This document shows, one piece after another, positions 1 through 9,585 of a DNA stretch of 64,000 nucleotides. The notes beneath the pieces are model-generated. The model had not been told where the DNA came from. It saw only the letters and a list, made by a program, of their open reading frames with translations, and made no database searches. The stretch is from positions 6,056 through 70,055 of the forward strand of contig JBGCGE010000009.1 in assembly GCA_045110495.1 (NCBI GenBank). Direction: 5' to 3'. This DNA is from Gammaproteobacteria bacterium. GTDB lineage: Bacteria > Pseudomonadota > Gammaproteobacteria > CAJXQU01. The translations under genes were made by a program, and so were the position numbers. Each line of letters begins with the position of its first letter. Within the stretch, counting starts at the first letter, position 1.

Positions 1-255
1 CCATTCAGACAATCTGCCTGCCGCCGGTAATGATTTTTCATCAAGCACATAAGGCAGTTGTAATTTTAAATGGATCACTCGCTCAAATTTATCACCAATC
101 TGATAACCAAATGATCGCGGTTGTTGAATATCGAGTTGATCAATTTTACTGTTTACATTCGCGGAAAATATCGCAAATAAAAAACCTGTAATAATAGATC
201 TTGATAAGTTTTTTGCTCGAATAGCAAAAATATTTTTTCTAACCGAAGAAATAAT
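1..255 (-). CDS. mxaA: MxaA-like protein, N-terminal part (runs off the window edge; start codon uncertain)
   Basis: Hand translation of the minus frame: ...IITGFLFAIFSANVNSKIDQLDIQQPRSFGYQIGDKFERVIHLKLQLPYVLDEKSLPAAGRLSEW. It has a signal-like N-terminus, a PRxFGYxxGD motif, and lies directly after mxaR-mxaS. No in-frame ATG/GTG/TTG lies between the upstream in-frame stop (259-261) and the signal peptide. Confidence 0.6.
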   Translation of the reverse strand, partial: MISSVRKNIFAIRAKNLSRSIITGFLFAIFSANVNSKIDQLDIQQPRSFGYQIGDKFERVIHLKLQLPYVLDEKSLPAAGRLSEW

Positions 256-1081
256 GTGTCACCTCATCTGAATTAAAACCATCCTCTAACAATAAAGGAC
301 TTCGCCCGTACTCCCCAAAAAGATCGAAAAGCTTTTCGCGCCTATCTTCAAAAGTTTGTTGAATACGTTTTTTTAAACTTGGCCGCATTAATAACATTCG
401 GCTTCTCGTAGTTTCTGGATCAGTGACTCTGGCAATCCCAAATTCGGGTAAGTTCTCATGCTCATGCCGATCCCATAACATTACAGGTACTACGTGATGA
501 TAAGCCAGAGATGCCAGTGTTTGCTCTAACAAACTTTCAGGAAAGTGAAAATCTGAAACTAAAAATACTAATGCACGACGACCACCTAATTGTTCAGCGG
601 CATGTAGTAAACCTTCTGAATTTTTTGCCTCTAGTTTTTTTGTGTACAGTTGCTGCGCAATTTCATGTCCAGCGGCTCTATTTAAAGTCGGAGGTGAAAT
701 CCAGAGAGCTGAGTCTTTATCTGTACAGCCGACAAACCCAAATTTATCACCAGTTCGATATGCGGAATAACTTAAACAAGATACAAAATCTGCGAGTACT
801 TTTTGCTTGGAATTAGCACCTTTAAAATTCATAGATGCTGAAAGGTCTGCAATTATATAAACAGGGATGGAGCTGGTTTGTTGGTAGACTCTGACTCTTA
901 TCTGCTCAAAAGGATCTCTAAGACTTGCACGAATATCAAAGCGTCGTGGATCCGGCGCATCAATCAAAGGTACGTGATTACGAAATTCTAAACCGCCTCC
1001 TTTTTGCAGGCTGGCATGATGTCCAGGATAACTACCGCTTGCGCGCCATGGAACCAGGTAATGTACTTCTCCCAGACTCAC
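239..1081 (-). CDS. mxaS: MxaS-like DUF58/VWA protein
   Basis: GxGLEF..H, DPRRFDIRASLRDPF, ADLSASM and LVSDFH motifs; stop-to-start gap of 1 nt from the MoxR gene. Confidence 0.8.
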   Translation of the reverse strand: MSLGEVHYLVPWRASGSYPGHHASLQKGGGLEFRNHVPLIDAPDPRRFDIRASLRDPFEQIRVRVYQQTSSIPVYIIADLSASMNFKGANSKQKVLADFVSCLSYSAYRTGDKFGFVGCTDKDSALWISPPTLNRAAGHEIAQQLYTKKLEAKNSEGLLHAAEQLGGRRALVFLVSDFHFPESLLEQTLASLAYHHVVPVMLWDRHEHENLPEFGIARVTDPETTRSRMLLMRPSLKKRIQQTFEDRREKLFDLFGEYGRSPLLLEDGFNSDEVTHYFFG

Positions 1082-1082
1082 T

Positions 1083-2108
1083 TTAAGGGGCTACAACTTG
1101 ATTTACGATCTGCTCCATCAGAGCCGGCACTAGTTCAGATCTATGTAATTCATAGATAGGTGTCAGGAAGACTCGGTGAGCGATTGTTTCGTGTAAGACG
1201 GCGTGAATATCTTCTGGTACTAACGAATCGCGCTCGTGTAACCAGGCAGCTACTTTAGCGGCTCGCATTAACATGCCCATACCCCGAGGACTTACACCCG
1301 ACATGACCATTTTGTTCATATCAACACCGTCAAGCTTGATCCCAAATTCCGCCGGGTTTCGTGTCGCGCGGCATAAATTAAGTGCGTAATTTTCTATCGT
1401 TGGTGTCGTCTTAATATGTTGTTGGATCATTGCGGAAATATCATTCAACTGATCAAAAGGTAAAACTGCAGATTTCAAACTGTCGATCAATTTATCGACG
1501 TCAAAAAAACGCGTATCAAACATTAGTTGTCGCTGTAGATCCAGATCGCTCGGCATAGCGATATTCAGCTCCATTAAAAAGCGATCTCGCGCTGCTGCAG
1601 GTAACTCAAATGTTTCTTCTTTTTCAACTCGGTTACGATCTGCAAATACTTGAAGATGGGGAAAATAATACTCACGATTGAACGCGGTTACACTTCGTTC
1701 GGCCATTACACGTAATAATAATGAATGTACTTGAGGACGCGCTCGGTTTATTTCATTGAAAAAGAACGTGGCAAGTTTTTCTTCATATTTTAATAATGGA
1801 CCAGGATCAACTGAAGGACGACCTTCTTCATTAATATAAGTGTGATAAACAAGATCATTCGGCATCAAATCGATTGTGCCTTCTATACGTTCATAATCAC
1901 CACCGAGAACTTGAGCAAGGGCGCGCAGTATAGTTGTTTTCCCTACACCAACGTCACCTTCGAGTAATACATGACCGCGTGCAAAAATGGCTATTGTCAG
2001 CAATCTGATAGCATGATCTTGACCAATAATAGCTTTTTTGATTTCTGTTTCTAGTTCTGAAGCACGATCGTGCCATTTACTAAGAGTAGAATCTGATGCT
2101 TTCGACAT
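1083..2108 (-). CDS. mxaR: MoxR-family AAA+ ATPase, MxaR type
   Basis: Walker A GDVGVGKT, IEGTIDLMPND, Walker B variant FFFNEINRA, FELPAAARDRF. Confidence 0.85.
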   Translation of the reverse strand: MSKASDSTLSKWHDRASELETEIKKAIIGQDHAIRLLTIAIFARGHVLLEGDVGVGKTTILRALAQVLGGDYERIEGTIDLMPNDLVYHTYINEEGRPSVDPGPLLKYEEKLATFFFNEINRARPQVHSLLLRVMAERSVTAFNREYYFPHLQVFADRNRVEKEETFELPAAARDRFLMELNIAMPSDLDLQRQLMFDTRFFDVDKLIDSLKSAVLPFDQLNDISAMIQQHIKTTPTIENYALNLCRATRNPAEFGIKLDGVDMNKMVMSGVSPRGMGMLMRAAKVAAWLHERDSLVPEDIHAVLHETIAHRVFLTPIYELHRSELVPALMEQIVNQVVAP

Positions 2109-2451
2109 TGTTTTTATATTTACCTAAATTGTTTTAATACGGTTATTAAACTGATAATCAAACTAAAATTGCAGGATTATAGCAAGATGTTCGGGTCTCA
2201 ACTATATCGATGTCGAGTCTCTTAAGAACTACGATGTAACCATTTTTTTGAAGTTTTCAATCAACTATATAATTTATCTATTATTCACACCAGATTCTCA
2301 GGTATTAATGGCGAGTATCCTAATTTACCAGAGCTGCCAGTAATCTGTGCATCATTATTATAATAATTTATTACCCTGGAGATTTGTCGCTTGCTTGTCT
2401 GTGTTAAGTCATTTGTTGGATTGATAATATGTCTCTTTACTAGAGAATGAT

Positions 2452-2510
2452 TAGTACCAATTATTAAAAATGATGTGGTACCAATTTAAATCGATGATTT
2501 GAGACCATTT
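2452..2510. repeat. Three imperfect repeats with a 24-nt period (TAGTACCAATT / TGGTACCAATT / TGAGACCATTT); putative operator
   Basis: ACCA cores at 2456, 2480 and 2504. Copies 1 and 2 also share ATGAT. The central copy contains the palindrome TGGTACCA. Confidence 0.55.
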
Positions 2511-2552
2511 TTTTAAAAACCTGAATATTTTAATATTGAAAAGCGAGAAAAT

Positions 2553-3527
2553 TTATTGAACAGACGAGGCGATACGAGAAACACCTTTTCGTATATTACC
2601 TTTTGTCATTGCAGCATAGCCGAGTAAAATAATTCTGTTGTTATTTTTAAATGATCGCCAATTATAAATGGTGTTATGTTGCAACGTATAAACACCTACT
2701 TGTTTCTGGCGAAGTTGTTTTTGTAATTCTTCTGCGCCAGGTGATTCAGCCGGTAAATTCCAGACAATATGGGTTCCACATTCAAGCCCCTTTAAATTGA
2801 TCTCACCAAAGGAGTTTTGTAATGATTCAACTAAACAATCTCGGCGGCTCATGTACGTTTGTCTGAGTCGATTTATATGATTCTCGAAACCTCCACTGCT
2901 AATGAAATCTGTCAGAATAACTTGATCCAGCCAGGGTAAACCGTAATCAAGTAAGACTTTGCTGCTCTTTGCGTGCTCAATAAGAGTGGGAGGCACAACC
3001 ATGTAACCTATACGTAAGCCTGGCCCTATTGATTTTGCAAAAGAGCTTACATAAATAACCCGCTGATCTTTGTCAAAAGATCTAATGGCTCGTAATGGCG
3101 AACCTTCGTATCTAAAATCACTATCGTAATCGACTTCGAGAATATATGAGTCCGTATTAACTGACCACTCAATTATTTGCTTTCTTCGTTCGATGGGAAG
3201 CGTTGCACATAAAGGAAATTGTCGAGAAGGCGTTATCATTGCCACATCAATTTTTTTATCAGGTAATTTATCAATGATTACACCATCTTCATCGAGCGCT
3301 ACTGGTATTATTTTCGCACCATAGTTTTCAAACAAATAACTGGCGCCTTTATAACCTGGTGATTCCATTACAACATTAGAACCCTTTCTAATGAGTAGTT
3401 GAGAAACGATATTCAGGCCTTGTTGAATACCGGTTAGCATAACTACTTGTTCTGGATCTACCTTCATCCCTCGTGTTGAACCGAGACGTTTAGCAATAGT
3501 TTCTCTTAACTCTAATAAATGGTTCAT
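2553..3527 (-). pseudogene. N-terminally truncated MocR/GabR-family regulator (PLP aminotransferase-like domain only, no wHTH)
   Basis: LLELRETIA, VMESPGY, TPSRQFP, ILEVDYDSDFRY, YVSSFAKSIGPGLRIGY are typical of MocR. The ORF starts mid-domain and an in-frame TAA lies two codons upstream of the ATG. Confidence 0.7.
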
Positions 3528-3675
3528 CCCTTACCTTACTCTTGTACCAGTAAGATTGTTAGCATCGTGGATCAAAAGAAAGCCGATGAAGATTTTGAAT
3601 TCAATAAATAATCAAATGAAACTTAATATAGCCCTGAACAGAATAACCTAACAAAATTTATAGGAAGGTATTTTT

Positions 3676-5082
3676 ATGCTTGATGACTTTAAACTACTAA
3701 TTAACGGTAAATTGGTTGAGGGCGATGGGGTAATGGACGTCATTAATCCGGCTACTGAAGGTGTCGTAGCATCATGTCCTCGTGGATCAGAAAAGCAAAT
3801 CGATTTAGCTGTTCGTTCAGCAAAAGCTGCATTACCAACCTGGTCATCTACTAAAATTGAAAACCGTCGTTCAATATTAAATACCATTGCAGAAGCGATA
3901 GAGAAAAATGCCAACGAGATGGCATCTCTATTGACGGCGGAACAGGGAAAGCCCCTCAATGATGCCCTTGGTGAAGTGAACGGTACAGCTGCTTTTTTTC
4001 GTCATGCTGCCGGCCTTGAATTTGAGCCTAAGGTTATCGAAAGCAGCGGCAAACGACAGATTGAGTTGCATCGTCGCCCGATCGGCGTCGTGGCTGCTAT
4101 TATACCGTGGAATTTTCCTTTAATGATTATGGCTTTCAAAGTGCCTTTGGCGCTGTTGGTCGGGAATACGGTCGTTGTTAAACCTGCTGCAACAACTCCA
4201 CTCGTAACATTAATGTTTGCTCAAATTATCGCGGACATTGTGCCAGCAGGAGTAATTAACGTTGTGACGGATGCGAACGATCTTGGTGATTTCCTGACTA
4301 GTCACCCAGATGTTGCAAAAATTTCATTCACTGGTTCAACTGCTACGGGTCAAAAGGTAATGACTTCTGCAGCAAAGTCGATGAAGCGATTTGGGCTGGA
4401 ACTTGGGGGTAATGATCCTGCAATAGTCCTTGATGACGCTGACCCATCCGCAATTGCACAAGGTGTTTTTAATGGTAGTTTTTTTAACACTGGACAGGTG
4501 TGTCTTGCGATTAAAAGGCTGTACGTACATGAGTCTAAATATGACGAGATGTGTGAAGAGCTTTCCAAACTAGCCAATGAAACCATCATAGGTGATGGAG
4601 CCGAAGAATCATCAAGTTTGGGGCCATTGCAAAATGAAGTGCAATACGAAAAAGTAAAAATGTATCTTGATGATGCCCGTGCAAACGGCCGTATCATCTC
4701 CGGAGGTGAAGTTCCTGATCGTCTTGGCTACTTTATTCAACCAACTATCGTTACTGATATGGCTGAGGGTACAAAACTAGTAGATGAGGAGCAGTTTGGT
4801 CCGATATTGCCTATACTGAAATATACAGATCTTGATGACGTAATTAGACGTGCCAATGATACAGAATATGGGTTAGGCGCCTCTGTCTGGTCGTCAGACC
4901 GTGATCGTGCTAAAAAGGTTGCTCTACAACTAGAGGCTGGAACTGTCTGGATCAACCAACATATCGATATAGCTCCTCACGTACCTCAGGCAGGAGCAAA
5001 GAATTCTGGTATTGGTGTTGAGATCAGTGATGAAGGTTTGTTGGAATATACTCAAGTTCAGGTTGTCAATGAAGCTTTATAA
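3676..5082 (+). CDS. NAD(P)+-dependent aldehyde dehydrogenase
   Basis: IIPWNFP, SFTGSTATG, LELGGND, catalytic Cys in NTGQVC, EEQFGP. Confidence 0.95.
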   Translation: MLDDFKLLINGKLVEGDGVMDVINPATEGVVASCPRGSEKQIDLAVRSAKAALPTWSSTKIENRRSILNTIAEAIEKNANEMASLLTAEQGKPLNDALGEVNGTAAFFRHAAGLEFEPKVIESSGKRQIELHRRPIGVVAAIIPWNFPLMIMAFKVPLALLVGNTVVVKPAATTPLVTLMFAQIIADIVPAGVINVVTDANDLGDFLTSHPDVAKISFTGSTATGQKVMTSAAKSMKRFGLELGGNDPAIVLDDADPSAIAQGVFNGSFFNTGQVCLAIKRLYVHESKYDEMCEELSKLANETIIGDGAEESSSLGPLQNEVQYEKVKMYLDDARANGRIISGGEVPDRLGYFIQPTIVTDMAEGTKLVDEEQFGPILPILKYTDLDDVIRRANDTEYGLGASVWSSDRDRAKKVALQLEAGTVWINQHIDIAPHVPQAGAKNSGIGVEISDEGLLEYTQVQVVNEAL

Positions 5083-5287
5083 TTAACTAAATATTTATAA
5101 ATAATAATAAATACGCAATACCAATACCTCGTTGTAAGTAATGGATAATAACAGGTGGATAAATAAGGACTCGTCTTAACTAAAACTGATAACTTAATTT
5201 CTGAAATCGAATAGGTACTTATAAGTAAATATTTTTTTATTAATCGTAGTGTTTATATTTAGAATTGGGTTTAGAACCGAAATAAAA

Positions 5288-5364
5288 TGGCGCGCCCGGA
5301 AGGATTCGAACCTCCGACCACCTGGTTCGTAGCCAGGTACTCTATCCAGCTGAGCTACGGGCGC
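5288..5364 (-). tRNA. tRNA-Arg(ACG)
   Basis: GCGCCCGTAGCTCAGCTGGATAGAGTACCTGGCTACGAACCAGG...GGTTCGAATCC...GCGCGCCA cloverleaf, 77 nt. Confidence 0.97.
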
Positions 5365-5415
5365 TCAATTTGATGTATTACGATACGAGTCAGTGCCCGT
5401 CAAATACTTTTATTA

Positions 5416-5507
5416 TGGCGGAGAGAGAGGGATTCGAACCCTCGATACGGGATAAACCGTATACTCCCTTAGCAGGGGAGCGCCTTCAGCCGCTCGGCCA
5501 CCTCTCC
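5416..5507 (-). tRNA. tRNA-Ser(GCT)
   Basis: GGAGAGGTGGCCGAGCGGCTGAAGGCGCTCCCCTGCTAAGGGAG, long variable arm, TTCGAATCC, CCA end. Confidence 0.97.
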
Positions 5508-5600
5508 ACGGATGCGTAGGATACTTGTCCTGATAACTTTGGTAAAGAGTTGTTTGTCTATTTTTTATTGCTCTTACAAGAGTATTATTATTGTCTTAAC

Positions 5601-5801
5601 TTAGTCTTCAGTTGAAGCACTTTCACCGCCTTCATCTTTCTCGTCTTGAATGCGCTGATAAATTTCTTCTCTGTGTACAGCTACTTCTCTTGGTGCATTA
5701 ACACCCAGGCGTACCTGATTCCCCTTAACGCCTAGCACAGTGATGGTGACTTCATCACCAATCATAAGTGCTTCTCCCACTCGTCTTGTCAGTATAAGCA
5801 T
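5601..5801 (-). CDS. csrA: Carbon storage regulator CsrA/RsmA
   Basis: [48 protein letters not shown]. Confidence 0.98.
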   Translation of the reverse strand: MLILTRRVGEALMIGDEVTITVLGVKGNQVRLGVNAPREVAVHREEIYQRIQDEKDEGGESASTED

Positions 5802-5960
5802 CTGGTTTTTAGCTCCATGTTTTTATTGGCCGATTTTTATTATGTCGGTTTAATTAGAGATGCATCGAGAAGGAATTATATACTCTACAGAGTAATTTCG
5901 GTATGTTTTTATCACATTGTTTATCTTAATAAGGATCCCCACCCGAACCGTATTATTAAC

Positions 5961-7184
5961 TCAGTTCTCTCCAACGTCTAGTCCAAATGCGGAATGGAGT
6001 GTTCTAACGCCTAGCTCAAGGTACTTTTCATCAACAACAACAGATATTTTGATCTCAGATGTAGAGATCATTTGAATATTGATACCTTCGTCCGATAGTG
6101 CTTTGAACATTTGACTGGCAATACCTGCGTGAGATCGCATACCTATACCGACTACTGAAAGTTTTACAATTTTCTCATCACTTTTCACATCTCTTGCTCC
6201 AAGTGTTTGTTTGATTTTGTTCAGAATTTCTAGTGTCTGTGTGTAGTCTGGTCGGTTAACTGTAAATGTAAAGTCAGTTGTTCCGTCTGCACTTACATTT
6301 TGTATGATCATATCGACTTCTATCGAAGCCTCAGCGATTGGGCCAAGAATACCTACAGCGACTCCTGGTTTATCAGGAACACCAAGTAGCGTTACTTTTG
6401 CTTCATCTTTGTTAGCAGTGATCCCGGAGATCATTACCTGTTCCATAGCATCATCCTCAGAGGAAATAAGTGTGCCTTTACCTTCTTCGAAAGAAGATAG
6501 TACACGTAGGGGGACATTATATTTTTGAGCGAATTCAACAGCTCTTATTTGCAGTACTTTTGCACCAAGACTGGCCATTTCAAGCATTTCTTCATAGGTC
6601 ACAAAATTTAATCGACGTGCTTCGGGCACTATTCTCGGATCTGTTGTATAAACCCCATCGACATCAGTAAAAATTTGACATTCGTCAGCTTTTAAAGCTG
6701 CAGCCAAGGCAACTGCTGTAGTATCAGATCCACCCCGGCCTAAAGTTGTAATGTTATTATTCTGATCGACACCTTGAAAACCCGCCACAACGATGACTCG
6801 ACCTTCACTTAGATCATCTTTTATGTTTTTCTCATCTATACTTAATATTCGTGCTTTATTATGCACAGAGCTGGTTAAGATTCTAACCTGACCGCCTGTA
6901 TAAGAGCGGGCTGGAACACCCTTTGCTTCAAGTGCCATAGATAAGAGTGCTATTGTAACTTGCTCACCGGTGGAGAGGAGTACATCTAATTCACGACCTT
7001 TTGGGTTTGGTGATATGTCTTCAGCCAGGCCAATTAATCGATTGGTTTCGCCGCTCATTGCAGACACTGCAACAACTACATCATGACCCTGTTGTTTATA
7101 AGATAGAACTTTATCTGCAACTGCATTGATCCGCTCAATGCTTCCAACGGAAGTTCCTCCGTACTTTTGAATTATTAACGCCAT
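5961..7184 (-). CDS. lysC: Aspartate kinase
   Basis: QKYGGTSVG, TTLGRGGSDTTA, TDVDGVYTTDPR, two ACT domains; usual lysC-csrA-tRNA order. Confidence 0.96.
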   Translation of the reverse strand: MALIIQKYGGTSVGSIERINAVADKVLSYKQQGHDVVVAVSAMSGETNRLIGLAEDISPNPKGRELDVLLSTGEQVTIALLSMALEAKGVPARSYTGGQVRILTSSVHNKARILSIDEKNIKDDLSEGRVIVVAGFQGVDQNNNITTLGRGGSDTTAVALAAALKADECQIFTDVDGVYTTDPRIVPEARRLNFVTYEEMLEMASLGAKVLQIRAVEFAQKYNVPLRVLSSFEEGKGTLISSEDDAMEQVMISGITANKDEAKVTLLGVPDKPGVAVGILGPIAEASIEVDMIIQNVSADGTTDFTFTVNRPDYTQTLEILNKIKQTLGARDVKSDEKIVKLSVVGIGMRSHAGIASQMFKALSDEGINIQMISTSEIKISVVVDEKYLELGVRTLHSAFGLDVGEN

Positions 7185-7380
7185 AGTTAAGTTTTAAAAC
7201 TTTTACCTGTGAAAGTTTAGTACCCGTTTCTGATATGCTAAAAATCCGCAACTCTAACTGAATGATCGTGAAATGTTAAGTTTGTCTTAATAATGTAGGC
7301 CATTCATACTTTCATATATGAATTTTGCGAACTATAATGGTTTGTCGAATGGGAAATTTAGGGTATCATTCGAAGTTAGT

Positions 7381-7465
<85 letters not shown>

Positions 7466-7509
7466 AATCCCAATAAATTCTGAGACAAATAAAATTCTGA
7501 GGCATAAAA

Positions 7510-8826
7510 ATGCAGGTTTCTGTTGAATCTACAGGGGCGTTGGAACGCCGTATGCGGGTTGATGTACCCGAAGATAAAATTGAAGGCGAGATCAAAAATC
7601 GCTTACAGTCGTTAATGAAAACTGTACGTATAGATGGGTTTCGTCAAGGCAAAGTCCCACCAAAGGTTGTCCAACAACGCTATGGCAAACAAATACGACT
7701 GGAAGTCCTCGGCGAGATTATGCGTAAAACATACGCCGAAGCACTTGAGGCTGAAAAACTAACACCTGCTGGCGAACCTTCTATTGAGCATCACGATGAG
7801 GAGGGTTCTGATCAAGGGCTTTCATACACCGCTGTTTTTGATGTTTTCCCTGAAGTAAAGCTTAACCCTCTAGATCAGATTAAGATTAGTTTACCTACTT
7901 GTGATGTAGTTGAAGCAGATGTTGATAAAATGATTGAATCCTTACGAAAACAGCAATCTAACTGGAAGGAAGTAAATCGTAAAGCGGCCAAAGGTGATCA
8001 AGTAAATCTCGACTTTGCTGGTTTTATTGAAAATGAAAAATTTGAAGGTGGCGAAGCTGAGGCATTTGATATTGAGCTAGGTTCAAAACGATTTATCGCA
8101 GGCTTTGAAGAAGGTTTAGTTGGGCTTAAAGCTGGCGAAAGCACCAGTCTAAATCTTGAATTTCCTACTCCATATCAGAATTCTGATCTTGCTGGAAAGG
8201 CTGTTCGTTTTGACGTCAGTGTCAATAAAGTTTCTGAAGCCGACTTACCTGAGCTTGATGATGACTTTTTCCAAAAGTACGGTGTGGCGGAAGGTGGTAT
8301 AGAAGCCTTCAAACAAACTATACGTGAAAATATAGAAAGAGAGAGCGAACAACGCGTCAATAATCAGGCTAAGACTCAAATCCTGAATGCGTTACATGAC
8401 AGTAACCCGATAGAATTGCCACAATCATTGGTCAGCAGTGAAGCAGAACAACTAATGGAAACCTCAAAACAACGTTTGGCTCAGCAAGGGTTGCCCGCAG
8501 AACAGCTTGATTCATTGGATAAAGAAACTTTTGTTGATGAAGCAAAGAAAAGAGTGGCATTAGGATTGCTTATGTCTGAGATAATTAAGTCGAATGATAT
8601 GAAAGCAGATCCAGGTAAAGTTAGAACTATGATAGAAGCGATGGCTACAGGTTATGAAGATCCGACAGCGTTAGTACAATGGTATTATGCTGATCAAAGC
8701 CGCCTCGCTGATATCCAAAATAGAGTACTTGAAGAAGAAGTAGTGAACTGGATTACAGAGCAGGTTCAAACAGTATATGAGCCTGTGACATTCGATGTCT
8801 TAATGAATCCTGAAAACGTCGAATAA
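7510..8826 (+). CDS. tig: Trigger factor
   Basis: [10 protein letters not shown] ribosome-binding motif; FKBP domain [11 protein letters not shown]. Confidence 0.97.
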   Translation: MQVSVESTGALERRMRVDVPEDKIEGEIKNRLQSLMKTVRIDGFRQGKVPPKVVQQRYGKQIRLEVLGEIMRKTYAEALEAEKLTPAGEPSIEHHDEEGSDQGLSYTAVFDVFPEVKLNPLDQIKISLPTCDVVEADVDKMIESLRKQQSNWKEVNRKAAKGDQVNLDFAGFIENEKFEGGEAEAFDIELGSKRFIAGFEEGLVGLKAGESTSLNLEFPTPYQNSDLAGKAVRFDVSVNKVSEADLPELDDDFFQKYGVAEGGIEAFKQTIRENIERESEQRVNNQAKTQILNALHDSNPIELPQSLVSSEAEQLMETSKQRLAQQGLPAEQLDSLDKETFVDEAKKRVALGLLMSEIIKSNDMKADPGKVRTMIEAMATGYEDPTALVQWYYADQSRLADIQNRVLEEEVVNWITEQVQTVYEPVTFDVLMNPENVE

Positions 8827-8851
8827 AACTTTAAAAGAGGTGAGTAATTAC

Positions 8852-9508
8852 ATGTCAGTTTATGACCCGAGTACACAAACAAGCCAGGCAAACGAGACAA
8901 AAGCATTAAATTTGGTGCCGATGGTAGTAGAACAGTCAGCTCGTGGCGAACGTTCTTATGATATTTATTCAAGACTTCTAAAAGAACGTGTCATTTTTCT
9001 TGTTGGCGGTGTTGAAGATCACGTAGCAAATGTAATTGTCGCCCAGATGTTGTTCTTAGAATCAGAAAACCCAGATAAGGATATTCATTTTTATATCAAT
9101 TCACCCGGTGGAGTTGTAACCGCTGGTATGGCTATCTACGACACCATGCAGTTTATAAAAGCAGATGTCAGCACTATGTGCATCGGACAAGCCGCAAGTA
9201 TGGGTGCTTTACTACTTACTGGTGGAGCGCCAGGCAAACGTTTTGCTTTACCTAACTCGAGAGTTATGATTCACCAACCTTTAGGTGGTTTCCAGGGTCA
9301 AGCTACAGATATAGATATACATGCTAAAGAAATTCTGAAAATGAAGGACAACCTTAATAGCATTATGGCTTCTCATTCAGGAAAACCTCTCGAAAAAATT
9401 CAACAAGATACAGAACGAGATAACTTCATGAGTGCAACCGAAGCTGCTGAATACGGTCTTATTGATTCTGTTCTCGAAAATCGAAGTCAGATCAGTGAAG
9501 ATAAATAA
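8852..9508 (+). CDS. clpP: ATP-dependent Clp protease, proteolytic subunit
   Basis: [30 protein letters not shown] 8852 is preferred over GTG 8840 because the SD (AGAGGTG) overlaps the GTG. Confidence 0.97.
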   Translation: MSVYDPSTQTSQANETKALNLVPMVVEQSARGERSYDIYSRLLKERVIFLVGGVEDHVANVIVAQMLFLESENPDKDIHFYINSPGGVVTAGMAIYDTMQFIKADVSTMCIGQAASMGALLLTGGAPGKRFALPNSRVMIHQPLGGFQGQATDIDIHAKEILKMKDNLNSIMASHSGKPLEKIQQDTERDNFMSATEAAEYGLIDSVLENRSQISEDK

Positions 9509-9585
9509 TACAGATTGTTTCACCGATTGTTTCGTAATATTGGAAAGTGATATGATTTCACCAGAATTTGGAGTAGGGGAAGGTT

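Noticed and set aside
2285-2487. About 66-codon stop-free minus-strand frame upstream of mxaR
   Set aside because: No start codon or SD, no recognisable motif, and not the missing MocR HTH
7185-7380. Lysine riboswitch before lysC; Moco riboswitch between moaC and moaD (61828-61877)
   Set aside because: No conserved riboswitch helices recognisable; the moa gap is only 50 nt
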